From contig JTLS01000008.1 in the NCBI GenBank assembly GCA_000826855.1, forward strand, positions 48,650 to 68,649: DNA of 20,000 nt, written 5' to 3'. The notes below the pieces were generated by a model. The model searched no databases. It worked only from the letters and a program-made list of their open reading frames with translations, and was not told the origin of the DNA. Source of the stretch: Basidioascus undulatus (lineage: Eukaryota). The translations under genes and the position numbers were made by a program. Positions 1 to 10,248 of the stretch are shown here, piece after piece. Each line of letters opens with the position of its first letter. Position 1 is the stretch's first letter.

Positions 1-1032
1 CGCTCGTCGAAAAGCACCTGACGGCCCTGGTACGCCTTGTCGCCCTCCGCCTTGATGCTGTCCAGCTCGGCCTTGATCGCGTCGAACCTGTCCGAGACGG
101 TCTTGGACGCTGGGTCGTCAAGCGAGGCACGCAGAGTGTCGAGCTGCGCCTTGTCGGCGTCGATGGAGGACTGCTGGGCGGCGAAGGACTCGACAGTCTT
201 GCGCGACCGCTTCAGGTTGCTTTGACCCTCCATCACCTTAGAGCGTGCACACCCGAGCGCGAGAGGGAAGGGACGCACCTGATCTCCTGCAGTGCACGCT
301 TCTCATCCGCCAGACGGAGGCTCCCAGACTCAACCTGCCTGTCCAGGTGCCTGGATAGATGTTTTATGTCAGGAAAAGCAGCAGGCTCCGGTCATGACTA
401 TACAGAAGAGACGAACTTGATCTGCGCATCAACCTCCTCAACTGACTTAAACGGCGCCTTGGACTTGGCAGCCTGCAGGTCCTTGATCTGTCCCGAGCGT
501 TATAGTGGTCAGCTACCGTGGCGCCCTGTCCCAAACGGCGTCCAGGCAAGCGCTCACCTTCTTCTGGACACCGTCCTGAAGAGCCCGGATCTGGTCAAGG
601 ATCTTGCCCCGGCTGCCCTTGTTCGCGGCCTGCTGGCCGCGGAGCTCATCCAGCTCAGAGCGCAGCGCCTGGCGCCGCTCCTGCGCGGGGCCGGTGGAAG
701 AGAAACCGGAGATCTTGGTGCGGACAGCAGAGAGCTTGGCCTGGAGCGCGTCAATGTCCTTCTTGATCTCGTCCTGTTCGTGATCGCCATCGGGGCCTCC
801 ACATCAGCATGGCCGTCCCTTCCTCACACCCCGAGATGCTCCAGGCACACACCTGCTCCTTCTGGTATGCGGCCTGGTCGGGCTTGGAGCGGGAGCCTTG
901 GCCGGGCGCGGGCGCCTCCTGGGCCTCCTTTGCAGATGCAGACGTGGCCGCAGCGAGCGCGCTGGCCTTCTTCTGCGCGGCGGCGGCGGAGTCCTTCTGG
1001 CCAGGGGCGGCAGCGGCGTTGCGGGGGGGCAT
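1..1032 (-). CDS. BFR1: Bfr1-like nuclear segregation / mRNP-associated coiled-coil protein, 5' part (continues beyond base 1). Exons 1032-853, 773-558, 487-417, 350-279, 219-<1
   Basis: Four GT-AG introns splice to an open frame: MPPRNAAAAPGQK...KPDQAAYQKEQ|DEIKKDIDALQAKLSAVR...GSRGKILDQIRALQDGVQKK|IKDLQAAKSKAPFKSVEEVDAQIK|HLDRQVESGSLRLADEKRALQEIS|NLKRSRKTVESF...FDAIKAELD. This matches the Bfr1 family pattern as I recall it (KPD..Y..EQ, VESG.L.L.DEK.AL.EIS). Confidence 0.85.
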
Positions 1033-1584
1033 GGCTGAGCTGCGGAAAGGAGCGTGGGCAACGATGGAAAGGTTGAAAAGAGGGACTGGCGCGATGAGCT
1101 GGGCGAAGACGCTGTTGGGAAGACGGCAGGAGAAGGCGGGCTTCGAGGCGACACGCGGGCGGGCCGAGCTTGACACCTGCCAAGGGCTGGACGCCCAAGC
1201 GACAAATAGAAGGATCCGGCGCCTACCTCAAGGAAATGTAGAAGAGATCATGAAGAACATTCGGCGGTTTCAGATAAGCAGTTGGCGGATAAAAAAAAAA
1301 CCCCCAGGTCATTCTGGGCGACAACATCCCAATATCCTGACGGGGAACGCTGGGATGGCGCTGAAACTGGCACAGCTGCAGCGTGTACGACGTCAATGAG
1401 ATCAGATCATAGACGAAACACTTCCAAGCTGCTTGTATACATTCACGCCGCCACTAAGAGCGCTGAGAGAGGTCGGAGCCGCAGGAGCCTCTAAAGGTTG
1501 CCCTACAAGCGGCATAAAGAAAACCAGGGCGACCTGCGAGAGTTCCGCTCTATCCCCACCCTAGTTCAGTTACACATTTCTGTT

Positions 1585-4102
1585 TTAGACAGAACTTGCA
1601 ATGCGCACCTTTGAATCATAGACAACAGATGCAGTAGAATCGCGCTTGGCCGCTACGCTGCGGCGGTACGTCTTGTCTGGGGCGGCACTGAAGCTGTACT
1701 GGACCTCGTTGAAGCCAGTATGATGCCCTGGAACTGTCAAGCGATTCCTGGACGACGAAAAGAAGGTAAAAATTTCAACAATTTTTCCGATTCTGGAATC
1801 CTGGAATCGGCGCACTCACTCCATGCTGAGTAACATCCGTTACCGCGACGTTCTCAGAAAGCGGCAACACGCTCTCCTGGTGGTTGAACCCGAGTGCGAA
1901 TCCGCCGAATAAGAGATGTTGGGAGAGGAATGGGATTTCCCTCCCACCTATCAACTAATGTGAGCAAGATCCCATACGCGCAGGAGGCACGTACACGCCA
2001 GTGGTCAAGGGCCAGGAAAAGGTGTCCACCAGCACTTGGCTCCCGCCGTGGGTTGACGAGGAAGACCACGAGCTAGTCTGTCTGATAACCTTTTGGAACC
2101 TCCGCTGTTAGTGACTTGGCTGGAAGAGGAGATCAAAGGGAGCGCAACTGAATCATTACCGCCCCGCGCGTAGCTGTGCACGTTCGTATACTGCAAGTCC
2201 TGCTTCCACTCGACAGTGCAGGTGCCGCTCGAACCGGTGGTCACCTCTGCCACTATGTGCAGCGCGCGAGTAACATTGATCGAAATGTCGAAGTCTTCGG
2301 GCGAGCGGATGTCGGCAGACGTGCAGGCGACTGCGAACGGGGAAGCACTGTAAGAGGCGATAGCGCCGGTTGTGCGCTCGCCGGAAGGTCTGAAAGATGC
2401 TGTAAACTTCGACCGTACTTCCGGAACGGGGGGCTCATACTCGCCTGCACGTTGCCGCTGAGGCACCAGTTGCCTTTCACCACGTCCTGCCCGTTTCTCC
2501 CGACGACGTTCATCACGACGACGTGCGGACGGCCATTCGTGAGCTGGCCCAAGAACGGGGAGATGTCGATCGTGTAGGTCGGCAGGTCGAACGCGCCATA
2601 GGCGGCGACGGGGCTGTTGGAGATGATGAGCGACAGAAATACGATTAACATTAAACAGCGGTATGAGACGAACGACCAGATCGAAGGAAGGTTGGCGCCA
2701 GGAAAGCAGACCGGAAAGGGGAAGACGACTCCCGTGAGCTGACCGTGATGAGCAGCTGGACCTCCCGGAAAGGTCCACCGCTCTAGGAGAAGTTCGGCGG
2801 CAGCAGGTCAGGTACTCGTCCGCGACGTTCCCGTACCAGAACTTCTCGGCTGCCAGAGGCATAGATGTCGACAAACGCAGCTGCGGCATTTTTCGGGAAG
2901 TGAACAGAAAACCGTAGACAGGGTTCAGGTCGTCAGAGCTATTTTCTGTGCAGACGGCAGCACGCACTGTCGCATTCGGAGGCACCGAGACTTTGTCGTC
3001 TGAGCGCGGTACGCCCTGCCCAAGTACAAGTTAGTGATGATCCCTATGGCGGTACTTAATACTTACATAAGAGAGAGGTACAACTACATCAGCTGTACGA
3101 GGCTTCACACTTCCGGAACCTGGGTAGAAGGGACTGCTCAACCGGACTACGTTGCCAGTCAGACGACTGCCGCGACGTATCTTTACTCGGACTGAAGTGA
3201 CTACGAACCGTCATACTCTACATTGATGCCCAAAGAAATGTCTATGACGTTGTTGAATTTTGTAAGTGCAGCATCAACTCAAAGCTCGGAATTAGCAGTA
3301 GGAAGCAGCGTACTCCTGCACCACGGTGCCAGGTTGCGCGAAGAGCGCCATGTACTTGGTAAGGTCGTGTAGATGCGTCCTGTCATGACTTGAGCATGTG
3401 TATCCAGGCGCGATTTGGATGAAGTTCACTGCACCATACGATTCCATTCACCGTTGGCTCAGGCGTTGAAGTACGCCAGACTCTGCGTCGGTGCGACAGT
3501 CAGTCCGAGCTCACACGGGCAAGGTAACACGCTACAATACTCCGTTTCGTTGAGCCGGATGCTCGACAGCCGATCATACTGTTAGCCTCAGACCAGCCAT
3601 GTTAAGAACCAGCACCATCTTATCTGTTTGACGTCCCAGTCAGGTTCAGCACGACTGCGGAGCGCGAGCCTGGCGGGCTGCACTCCGTCGGAGGGGTGTA
3701 GTCTGCAACGGCGTACTGTCCGTATGAGCTGAAACGCCCATGAACTTATTCCATGCGCCAGCCAGGTGGATGTTTGAACCATACATGGCAAAGAGGTGGT
3801 GGAACAGCTCAACCGTGCAAAGTTGCACATCGCCAGGCACGAGCGGTGGGTGAGTGACTTAGACCCAGCGTACTCGTCAGATAGCTCCACATAACAGAAC
3901 CTTGAATACTGAAAGGAAGCACTTGGAACATGTGCAGCGGCGTTGAATCCGACCAGTTCGACGGAGCGAGATAAGGCGACTCATGCGCCAGCGCGTGAAA
4001 CGCCCTCTGGCCGCCAGCGGCGTGGGACTTTGCGCGGACGTTGAGTGCGAGAGTGATCGAGGTCAAGATGAGGACAAAAATATGAGTGCTGTATGACAGC
4101 AT
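1585..4102 (-). pseudogene. Peptide-N4-(N-acetyl-beta-glucosaminyl)asparagine amidase A (PNGase A family), multi-exon, disrupted
   Basis: Signal-peptide-like start MLSYSTHIFVLILTSITLAL at 4102. Family motifs appear in order: YTPPTECSPPGS..VVLNLTGTSN, YDRLS, VWRTSTPEP, DLTKYMALFAQPG, FVDIYASG, EKFWYGNV, GPFREVQLLI.GQLTGVVFPFP, PVAAYGAFDLPTYTIDISPFL, NWCLSGNVQ, TTGAI..YSA.PFA. Lesions: in-frame TAG at 2785-2783 and frameshifts near 2848, 2810 and 2746. The 3' end coordinate is approximate. Confidence 0.85.
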
Positions 4103-4417
4103 CGTGAGAGGGCAACGCTGGAGTGAGGTGTCGTGATTGTTGTGATGGTTCGTGGGCAACCAGCCGATAGGATGTAAAGCACGAGACACGTCAACCCCAA
4201 GTGCAATATCGCAATCTATCTTTGCGTAGATCGACAGTCAAACTCTTACGAAGAGAGGGGGTTTCGCTTTCGTACTCCGTCGGTCCAGAGACTTTCCCGA
4301 CAACGCACAGAGTCACAGAGTCGCACAACGCCGCGCTGACGATCAATCAATTGGAATAGAGTCCGCATGGCAGGCGACGGCGCACGCAAACTCGAGCATG
4401 AGCGCATAAATAGCAGT

Positions 4418-5851
4418 TCAATCGTCCTTCTCTATGCCTTTCACCACCCTGTCTAGCTCCTTCGCTCCCAACGGTACCCACAACCACTCTCCCACACCCT
4501 CCTCCCCCGGCGGCGGTGCCGTCGCGCTGAGCACCATGCCGTGATCCCTGAACTCCGCCAGCAGCGCCCTGAACGCGTCCTCGCTCGTCGCGATGAACTG
4601 GCTCCTCGCACGCTCGGCTAGCTGCGCGCGCGACGTCGCCCACACCGGCGTGCCCGTCGTCGCTCCGCTGCCCGTCGGCGGCTGCGCGGCGAGCTGGGCC
4701 TCGCCAAGCATCCGGAAAAGCTTGCGCGCCTTCGCCTGGACGGAGACAAGGACGTGCTTCGCCGCCGCCTCGCTCGTCCCCTGCGCGGCCAGACCCGCTC
4801 CCGCGCCCGCGGACGTGCCAGAACCGAGGAGGGACGTCGAGCGAAAGCTGAGTTCCATGGTGTATGGCTCGAGCGTCGTCAGGTCGTGCCAGGCCCAGCG
4901 GATCGAGTCGGGCGGGAAGAGGAGAGGGGCGTTGAGATGGTCGATGGAGGCCACTACGTGGAGCTGGGGTGCGGAGGCGAGGAGGACGAGGAGGGCAAGC
5001 GAGCGCGGATTGCGGAGCGAGGGTGCATCGATGTTGTGGATGAGAAGGAAGAGTTGGCGGGTGTCGGGCTTGGAGAATTGGGCATGAATCCGGGCGGCGG
5101 ACGCCTCGGGAGTGCTCGAAGTAGTACCGGCCGACGAGCGCGAGATAGACGGCAGGCTTTCTATCGAGCCGAGAACGTCGCGAATGCCGAGAGAGGGGAA
5201 GAAGCCGTTGACGACGACGAGCTCTCCGCGCTTGCGGAGGACGCGCTTCGCGAACGCGTTGAGCGCCCCGCGCTTGCTCCCCACGCCGTAGAAGAGAAGG
5301 TCGAACCCGCGCTCGAGCTCGCACAGCCACTGGCCCCACCGTGCCTCGTGCGTCGCAGCAGGAACGACAGCCTTGAGTGGGGCCCGCGCGAGCGCTTCGC
5401 GCGTCGCGGCGGCGGTGAGGGGCGGGAGAGGGAAGGGGGTAGTCGAAGGTCTGGGTGGGGCGGAGTGGGCGATAAAATACGCGTCCGATGCGGTGAGCGC
5501 GACGATCGGCTTCTTGGACGCTTTCTTCTTCTTTATTGTCAACGGTGCGCGGCGCTTTCGTTTTGAGGACGTAGCGGGTGCCGGTTCCTCGTCCTCATCC
5601 GCGTCGTCCTCGATAGCCTCCTCGTCCTCGCTCCAACCCTCCTCATCATCGTCCTCCTCTTCCTCCCCGTCGAGCCCGCTGCCTAGATTCGGTAGCAGCT
5701 CCATGAGCCTCTCATCCTCCTCTTGCCGAGCGCGCTGCCACGGGCTACGCGGGCTGCGCGTGCCGTTAGCGGGGCGCTTCGAGGGTGTCGCCCGCGGCGG
5801 GGGCGAGTCGGCCGCGATCCGGACGCGCTTCGACGGTGTTGCGAGCGACAT
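4418..5851 (-). CDS. ORC2: Origin recognition complex subunit 2, intronless. Start at MSLATPSKR (5851) preferred; an upstream in-frame ATG exists at 5962
   Basis: ORC2 motifs: QWLCELERGFDLLFYGVGSKR, VVVNGFFPSL, LFLLIHNID, HVVASIDHLNAPLL, WHDLTTLEPYTME, and C-terminal winged-helix LLAEFRDH. The N-terminus is disordered and acidic with TP/SP (CDK-type) sites. Confidence 0.95.
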   Translation of the reverse strand: MSLATPSKRVRIAADSPPPRATPSKRPANGTRSPRSPWQRARQEEDERLMELLPNLGSGLDGEEEEDDDEEGWSEDEEAIEDDADEDEEPAPATSSKRKRRAPLTIKKKKASKKPIVALTASDAYFIAHSAPPRPSTTPFPLPPLTAAATREALARAPLKAVVPAATHEARWGQWLCELERGFDLLFYGVGSKRGALNAFAKRVLRKRGELVVVNGFFPSLGIRDVLGSIESLPSISRSSAGTTSSTPEASAARIHAQFSKPDTRQLFLLIHNIDAPSLRNPRSLALLVLLASAPQLHVVASIDHLNAPLLFPPDSIRWAWHDLTTLEPYTMELSFRSTSLLGSGTSAGAGAGLAAQGTSEAAAKHVLVSVQAKARKLFRMLGEAQLAAQPPTGSGATTGTPVWATSRAQLAERARSQFIATSEDAFRALLAEFRDHGMVLSATAPPPGEEGVGEWLWVPLGAKELDRVVKGIEKDD

Positions 5852-6046
5852 GATAGTCAGTATCGCAGAGGAGGGAGCGAAAGCAACAGCGGCGGTAATG
5901 GTCGATGGGCAAGCTGGCGGTCGGACGCGTCGGAGCGAAGGCCGGCTCGGGCGCGTTTGCATCCGTGCATCTTCTCTTTGCTGATTTCAGGGTTGCCCTT
6001 CTTCTCTCCACCCACCTTCGTCCGCTTTTCCTTTTAAACACTGACA
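5852..6046. promoter_or_regulatory. Compact divergent ORC2/bioF intergenic region containing an MCB-like ACGCGT (5925-5930)
   Basis: There are 195 bp between opposed start codons. ACGCGT lies at 5925-5930 and a second CGCG core at about 5952-5955. ACGCGT also occurs inside the ORC2 CDS, so the motif alone is weak evidence. Confidence 0.45.
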
Positions 6047-7560
6047 ATGTCGGCTGCGCTCAAAGAGCGCCTAGTAACAGCACTCGCTTCTCGAGAAGCA
6101 AAATCTACTCTTCGAAGGCTCACTCACGATTCCCCACCGCCGGCTATTCTTTCGAGCCTGCCGAACGCAGACAGGCCTTTGGTGGACTTCAGCTCGAACG
6201 GTGCGTTCGAATCCTCCTTCTGAAAGTGTGTGTGTGGCTGATAATTTTGGTTCTGGTAGACTACCTCTCCCTCTCCCAATCGTCCGAGCTAAGAAACCAC
6301 TTCCTCCGGTCCCTCTCCTCGGCACCGCACATCCTCGGCTCGACCGGCTCCCGTCTTCTCGACGGGGACACCCACTCGCATTCCACCCTCGAATCCCGCC
6401 TGGCATCCTTCTACAACGCTCCCTCAGCCCTCCTTTTCTCCTCCGGCTTCGACGCCAACGCAGGCCTCTTCTCGTGCATACCTGCCGCAGACGACCTCGT
6501 CCTGTACGACGAGTATGTCCACGCGAGCGTCCACGACGGGATGCGGGCGTCCCGCGTTCCGGCGAAGCGCAGGCGCGCTTTCAGGCATAACGATCTGGAC
6601 CATTTGAGAAATGCCCTTCAGAGGGCGGTGGAGGAGGAGCCCGAGGTGCGGAGTGGGAGAAGCGTCTTCGTCGCTGTCGAGGGCGTCTATTCCATGGACG
6701 GGGACGTCGCTCCGCTCAGGGAGATTGCCGACTTGCTCGAAGAGCTGCTTCCGGCGGGGAATGGGCATTTGATAGTGGACGAGGTGCGTTGTCGCTCCTA
6801 GGCTCCTCGAATGTCCGCTAACTAACATCACCTGCAGGCGCATTCCACCGGCATTTATGGACCCCTCGGCCGAGGCCTCGTAGCGCATTTGGGTCTCGAG
6901 GATCGGGTGTTCTTGCGCTTGAACACGTTTGGCAAGGCGCTTTGCTCTAACGGAGGTGAGTCGAGCCTGAACCCCACCATCTTCTTCGGAAACTGACGCT
7001 GTAACATCCCAGCTGTCGTTCTGTGCGAACCGCACGTCCGGTCATACCTGATCAACTACGCCCGACCCCTCATCTACTCCACCGCGCCCTCCCACTCGAA
7101 CATCATCGCCCTCTCCTGCGTGCACGACCTCCTATCCGAGGGCTACACAGTTCCCGTTCGTCCCAGCCCTCTTCTCTTCCTCACCCTCACCCCACTCAAA
7201 ACCCCCCTCCCCATCCTTCAGCTCTCCCGCAACCTCCTCTCGCACGCAACCCACCTGCGCGCCCTCCTCTCCACTTACCTCCCGCACCCCCTCCTCGCGC
7301 TCGCGCCACCCCCCGCGCTCCCCACGCCCATTCTCCCGCTCCTCACGCCCCGCCCGCGCCAGCTCGCGCGCTTCCTCGTCGAGCGCGGCTTCCTCGTCCG
7401 CCCCATCGCGGCGCCTACCGTGCCGAAGGGGATGGAGCGCGTGCGGGTGTGCTTGCACGCGGCGAACACGACGGAGGAGATCGAGGGGCTCGCGCGCGCT
7501 GTGGGCGAGTGGCTCAGGGTCATCGGGGAGGAGGAGGAGGGGAGGCTGGCGAAGCTTTGA
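6047..7560 (+). CDS. bioF: 8-amino-7-oxononanoate (KAPA) synthase, PLP-dependent class II aminotransferase family. Exons 6047-6200, 6260-6783, 6838-6955, 7013-7155, 7222-7560
   Basis: The spliced frame gives DFSSNDYLSL, GSTGSRLLDG, LLFSSGFDAN, YDEYVHASVHDG, FRHND, VEGVYSMDGD, VDEAHSTG, TFGKA (PLP lysine), YLINYARPLIYSTA and PTVPKGMERVRVCLHA. It ends in -AKL, a PTS1-type tripeptide. Confidence 0.93.
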
Positions 7561-7779
7561 GGGACGATCTGGGTGGCTTGCATGCACTTTAGGTTGTTTC
7601 AGAAACCGCTATGGTCTGACGAAGGGTAATATGTGGCACAGATGAAGAGCACACAGGATTGCTTGGTTGCGACATGTGAAGAAGAGTGCATATCAGTCGC
7701 CAACTTTCCGGGTACGCAGCGACAACTGCAGGCGCTCTTAGTTACACACCGTGGACCTGTCTGCGCTGGTGAAAAGGAC

Positions 7780-8400
7780 GCACTGTATGCTGAGAAAGGG
7801 CGCCCACTCCGAGTCTTCGGGTGAACAAGCAAGTCACTGAAAGTGTCGTATCGCCCTGCTGTCAAGTTTAAGTTCAGCGAGGCTGCGCCGATGCCGGTCC
7901 TTCTCGCCTCCTCCACATGTACATTGGACACTCACCATCCCGAAGCTCAGCAAATATTGGCATCCATCTCTTGTCCCTACTGTTATTTCGTTACTAGTGG
8001 ATCGGGAATGACAAAGTGAGATCTGTGATGCGTGCTGCAGATGGTTGTGTAAGTGTGTGTTCGGCGGTGAGCAGAGGCATTCGGTGCCCTCGAGCAAGAT
8101 GAACCCATACACGCACAGTATCATCTTGGATGTTTGGCATGGGTGGGGAGGAATAACAGCCACAGCGACTCGCAGGTGTAAGATAGCGCAGAAGCTTCCA
8201 TGGCAGCATCCACCAACGGCCTTGCCGACTCAAAACTTCTTGCCCAACGCTTCCGGGGAAGTGGACTGGCCGACATCGTCTGAATTTATATTGGGGACTT
8301 GACGCTTTCTAGAGATAAGACCATCCCAGAGGAAAGATCAAAGTCGTCTGAGGCTTCGGGTAACTGGTGTTGATCTCCTTCTCCATGTCCTGTTCTCCCT
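7780..8400 (-). mobile_element. Possible highly decayed DDE integrase-core (IS3/IS481-like eukaryotic) transposase relic
   Basis: Minus-strand fragments in plausible order: DLSSGMVLSLE ... AVGGC ... EGTE-(26 aa)-STSN ... RWMPIFAELRD|AGRYD, the last spanning a GTGAGT...GCTGAAC...CAG intron at 7935-7859. They loosely resemble the remembered consensus DGFSRKILWLE/LGGCP/DRGTE/GRSTSNQRIE/WMDLF..LRD.G.FD. Stops and indels are present. Confidence 0.3.
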
Positions 8401-10153
8401 ACAGGCTGACTGGCGCCACACTCACCAGGTGGTCCTTTGGAGAAGCCCAAGTGCCTTCTCTTCCCTTATGTAGAGGATCGGCATCGGCATCTGCGCAAAC
8501 ACGCCTCAGGAAGCCGGCACACTCAGCGTGTTACTGCGCTGTACCACTGCGTTTCCTCATCTAGTGGGCTACATACACTGCGTTGCTCGCTTCGCATGAC
8601 CCTCAACATGCGCCTCAATGCCATGATCAAACAGTCGTCGTGGCCTTGGAATTCTCGAAGGACCGACTCATCGACGTGAACTGCCACAGCCGGTCGTTCA
8701 CAGCTTCCCCTGGCCGCGCGGTTCGTCGCGTCCAGCGTCGTTCATTCTAAAAACGTGCGCACTGCATACCTTGTGGATCGTCGGGCACCCCTTCATTGTT
8801 CTCACCGATTGATAAGCATGGGAACTCTGGGAAGGGAAGAACCTCGAAGCCGACATGCCGCCTTCTTTTCAGGGGTCTCGCTAAGTATACAGCCTGCTCT
8901 GGACAGTGCAGCGGCACTTGCGGCCGTTGCCTGTGGAAGCTTGTAGCCAGCTTCCAAGAGCTTCGCTTCCATCATTAGCGGAAAGAAAGCCGCCACATAA
9001 TGTGTGTATACTATCGTGTGTACGCGATCGGCAAGATCCAGGTGTGCCTGTGCCTATCTTCTGCTGCGCCTTCTCGGAGAGGCGTCCAATGGCGGCACCC
9101 GGCTCCGTCTGTCGGCAACGCCTCAACGAGTTTGCCACTGAAAGATCGGCCTACGCCTCAGCTCGAGTAGGTCATCGTTGAAAATTTGCGAATCTCCTCC
9201 GACGCTCTCATCAGGCCCAGATGAAAAAGGAGACATGCATCAAAGCATTATCACCCACTACATATCACTGTACTAGGCATGCGCACTGACAACCATGCTC
9301 ATGAGCCAAGGTCCGCAGGCCTGGCCTCGACTTGCCTCGACCCGCACGCCCGCTTCTTCGAGTGGGCTTTGTACCGAAACGGCGGTAAGCACTGGGCTTG
9401 CCCAAACCGCTGCAAGGTGCGACGTCTGCAACGTCGGCAAGGCCGTTCATGACGCATGCGCTTCTCACCTAGCAGCTGCTCACCAACGGTGCGTTGGCCA
9501 ACCGTCCAGCGTTGTGTGCAGACCCGGCGTGTGCTCTTGCAGTTGAAAATGAAAATGAGTTTCCGGTCTCTTTCTGCGGCAACCGGCGGCACGGCGGTGA
9601 GCCGTCCGGCATCATTCTGAGCGCGGTATTGGCGGTCTGCCGGAAAAGCGGGGCTCGGGACGGAATGGAGTAATGACGTCCCTTACTTTTGCAAGCCTGC
9701 TAGTGGTCAACGCCTGAACAAAACTTGACAAAGGAGCAGCCGGACTTGTTTCTGTGCAGTGGAATTAAAGACTACAATACGGAATAAGCGAATCAGCGTG
9801 TACATAAGTTTGTGCGAGACTTCAGAGGAGAGCTAGGAATAATGCCAGACGGCAGCTGCCAGGGGCTGAGCGTCGTCATAGGAAGGGTCTGTCGAAGCAG
9901 GCCCAGTTGCAAGCCTGCCCTCGTTCCCTGCTCCCGTGTCACCACCAAGCAGACTCAGCACCCCAACACCTCGCCGCTGCCGGCCTCGTGCTCGTCGTTG
10001 CCGACAGCGAACTCGACGCCCGCGCCGGACTGAAATCGCTCGAGTCGATCAGCAAGACATCCCCGAGCCTCGCGCGCGTCATCGTCCCTTGCTTGCCCTC
10101 AGCCACGCCAACGGCCATCTTTTCAACCCACTCCACGCTCAATCCCTCGCTCC

Positions 10154-10216
10154 GTACGCGCGCGTCCGCCTTGCTTTCGCACACTGCACCTCTGACACCT
10201 TGGCGGAGTCGACCAG
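10154..10216 (+). other. Probable 5'-UTR intron of YPD1
   Basis: GTACGC donor at 10154, CTGAC branch at 10192-10196 and CAG acceptor ending at 10216. It is 63 nt long and ends 32 nt before the ATG. Confidence 0.5.
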
Positions 10217-10248
10217 GAGTCCGCCTTTAATCCCCTCCCCCATCTCCC

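Noticed and set aside
222..1399. Long plus-strand ORFs (284 aa, 196 aa) opposite BFR1
   Set aside because: Antisense shadows of GC-rich coding exons.
4347..5984. Alternative-frame and antisense ORFs over ORC2 (330, 270, 203, 164 aa)
   Set aside because: Expected stop-poor shadow frames of a high-GC CDS, with low-complexity Arg/Ser/Ala content.
9185..9220. Minus-strand CTGATGAG...CGCAAA, hammerhead-like
   Set aside because: The conserved GAAA is missing and no convincing stems I/III were found.
9674..9681. TGACGTC CRE/ATF-like site upstream of YPD1
   Set aside because: A single imperfect short motif about 570 bp upstream; not distinguishable from chance.
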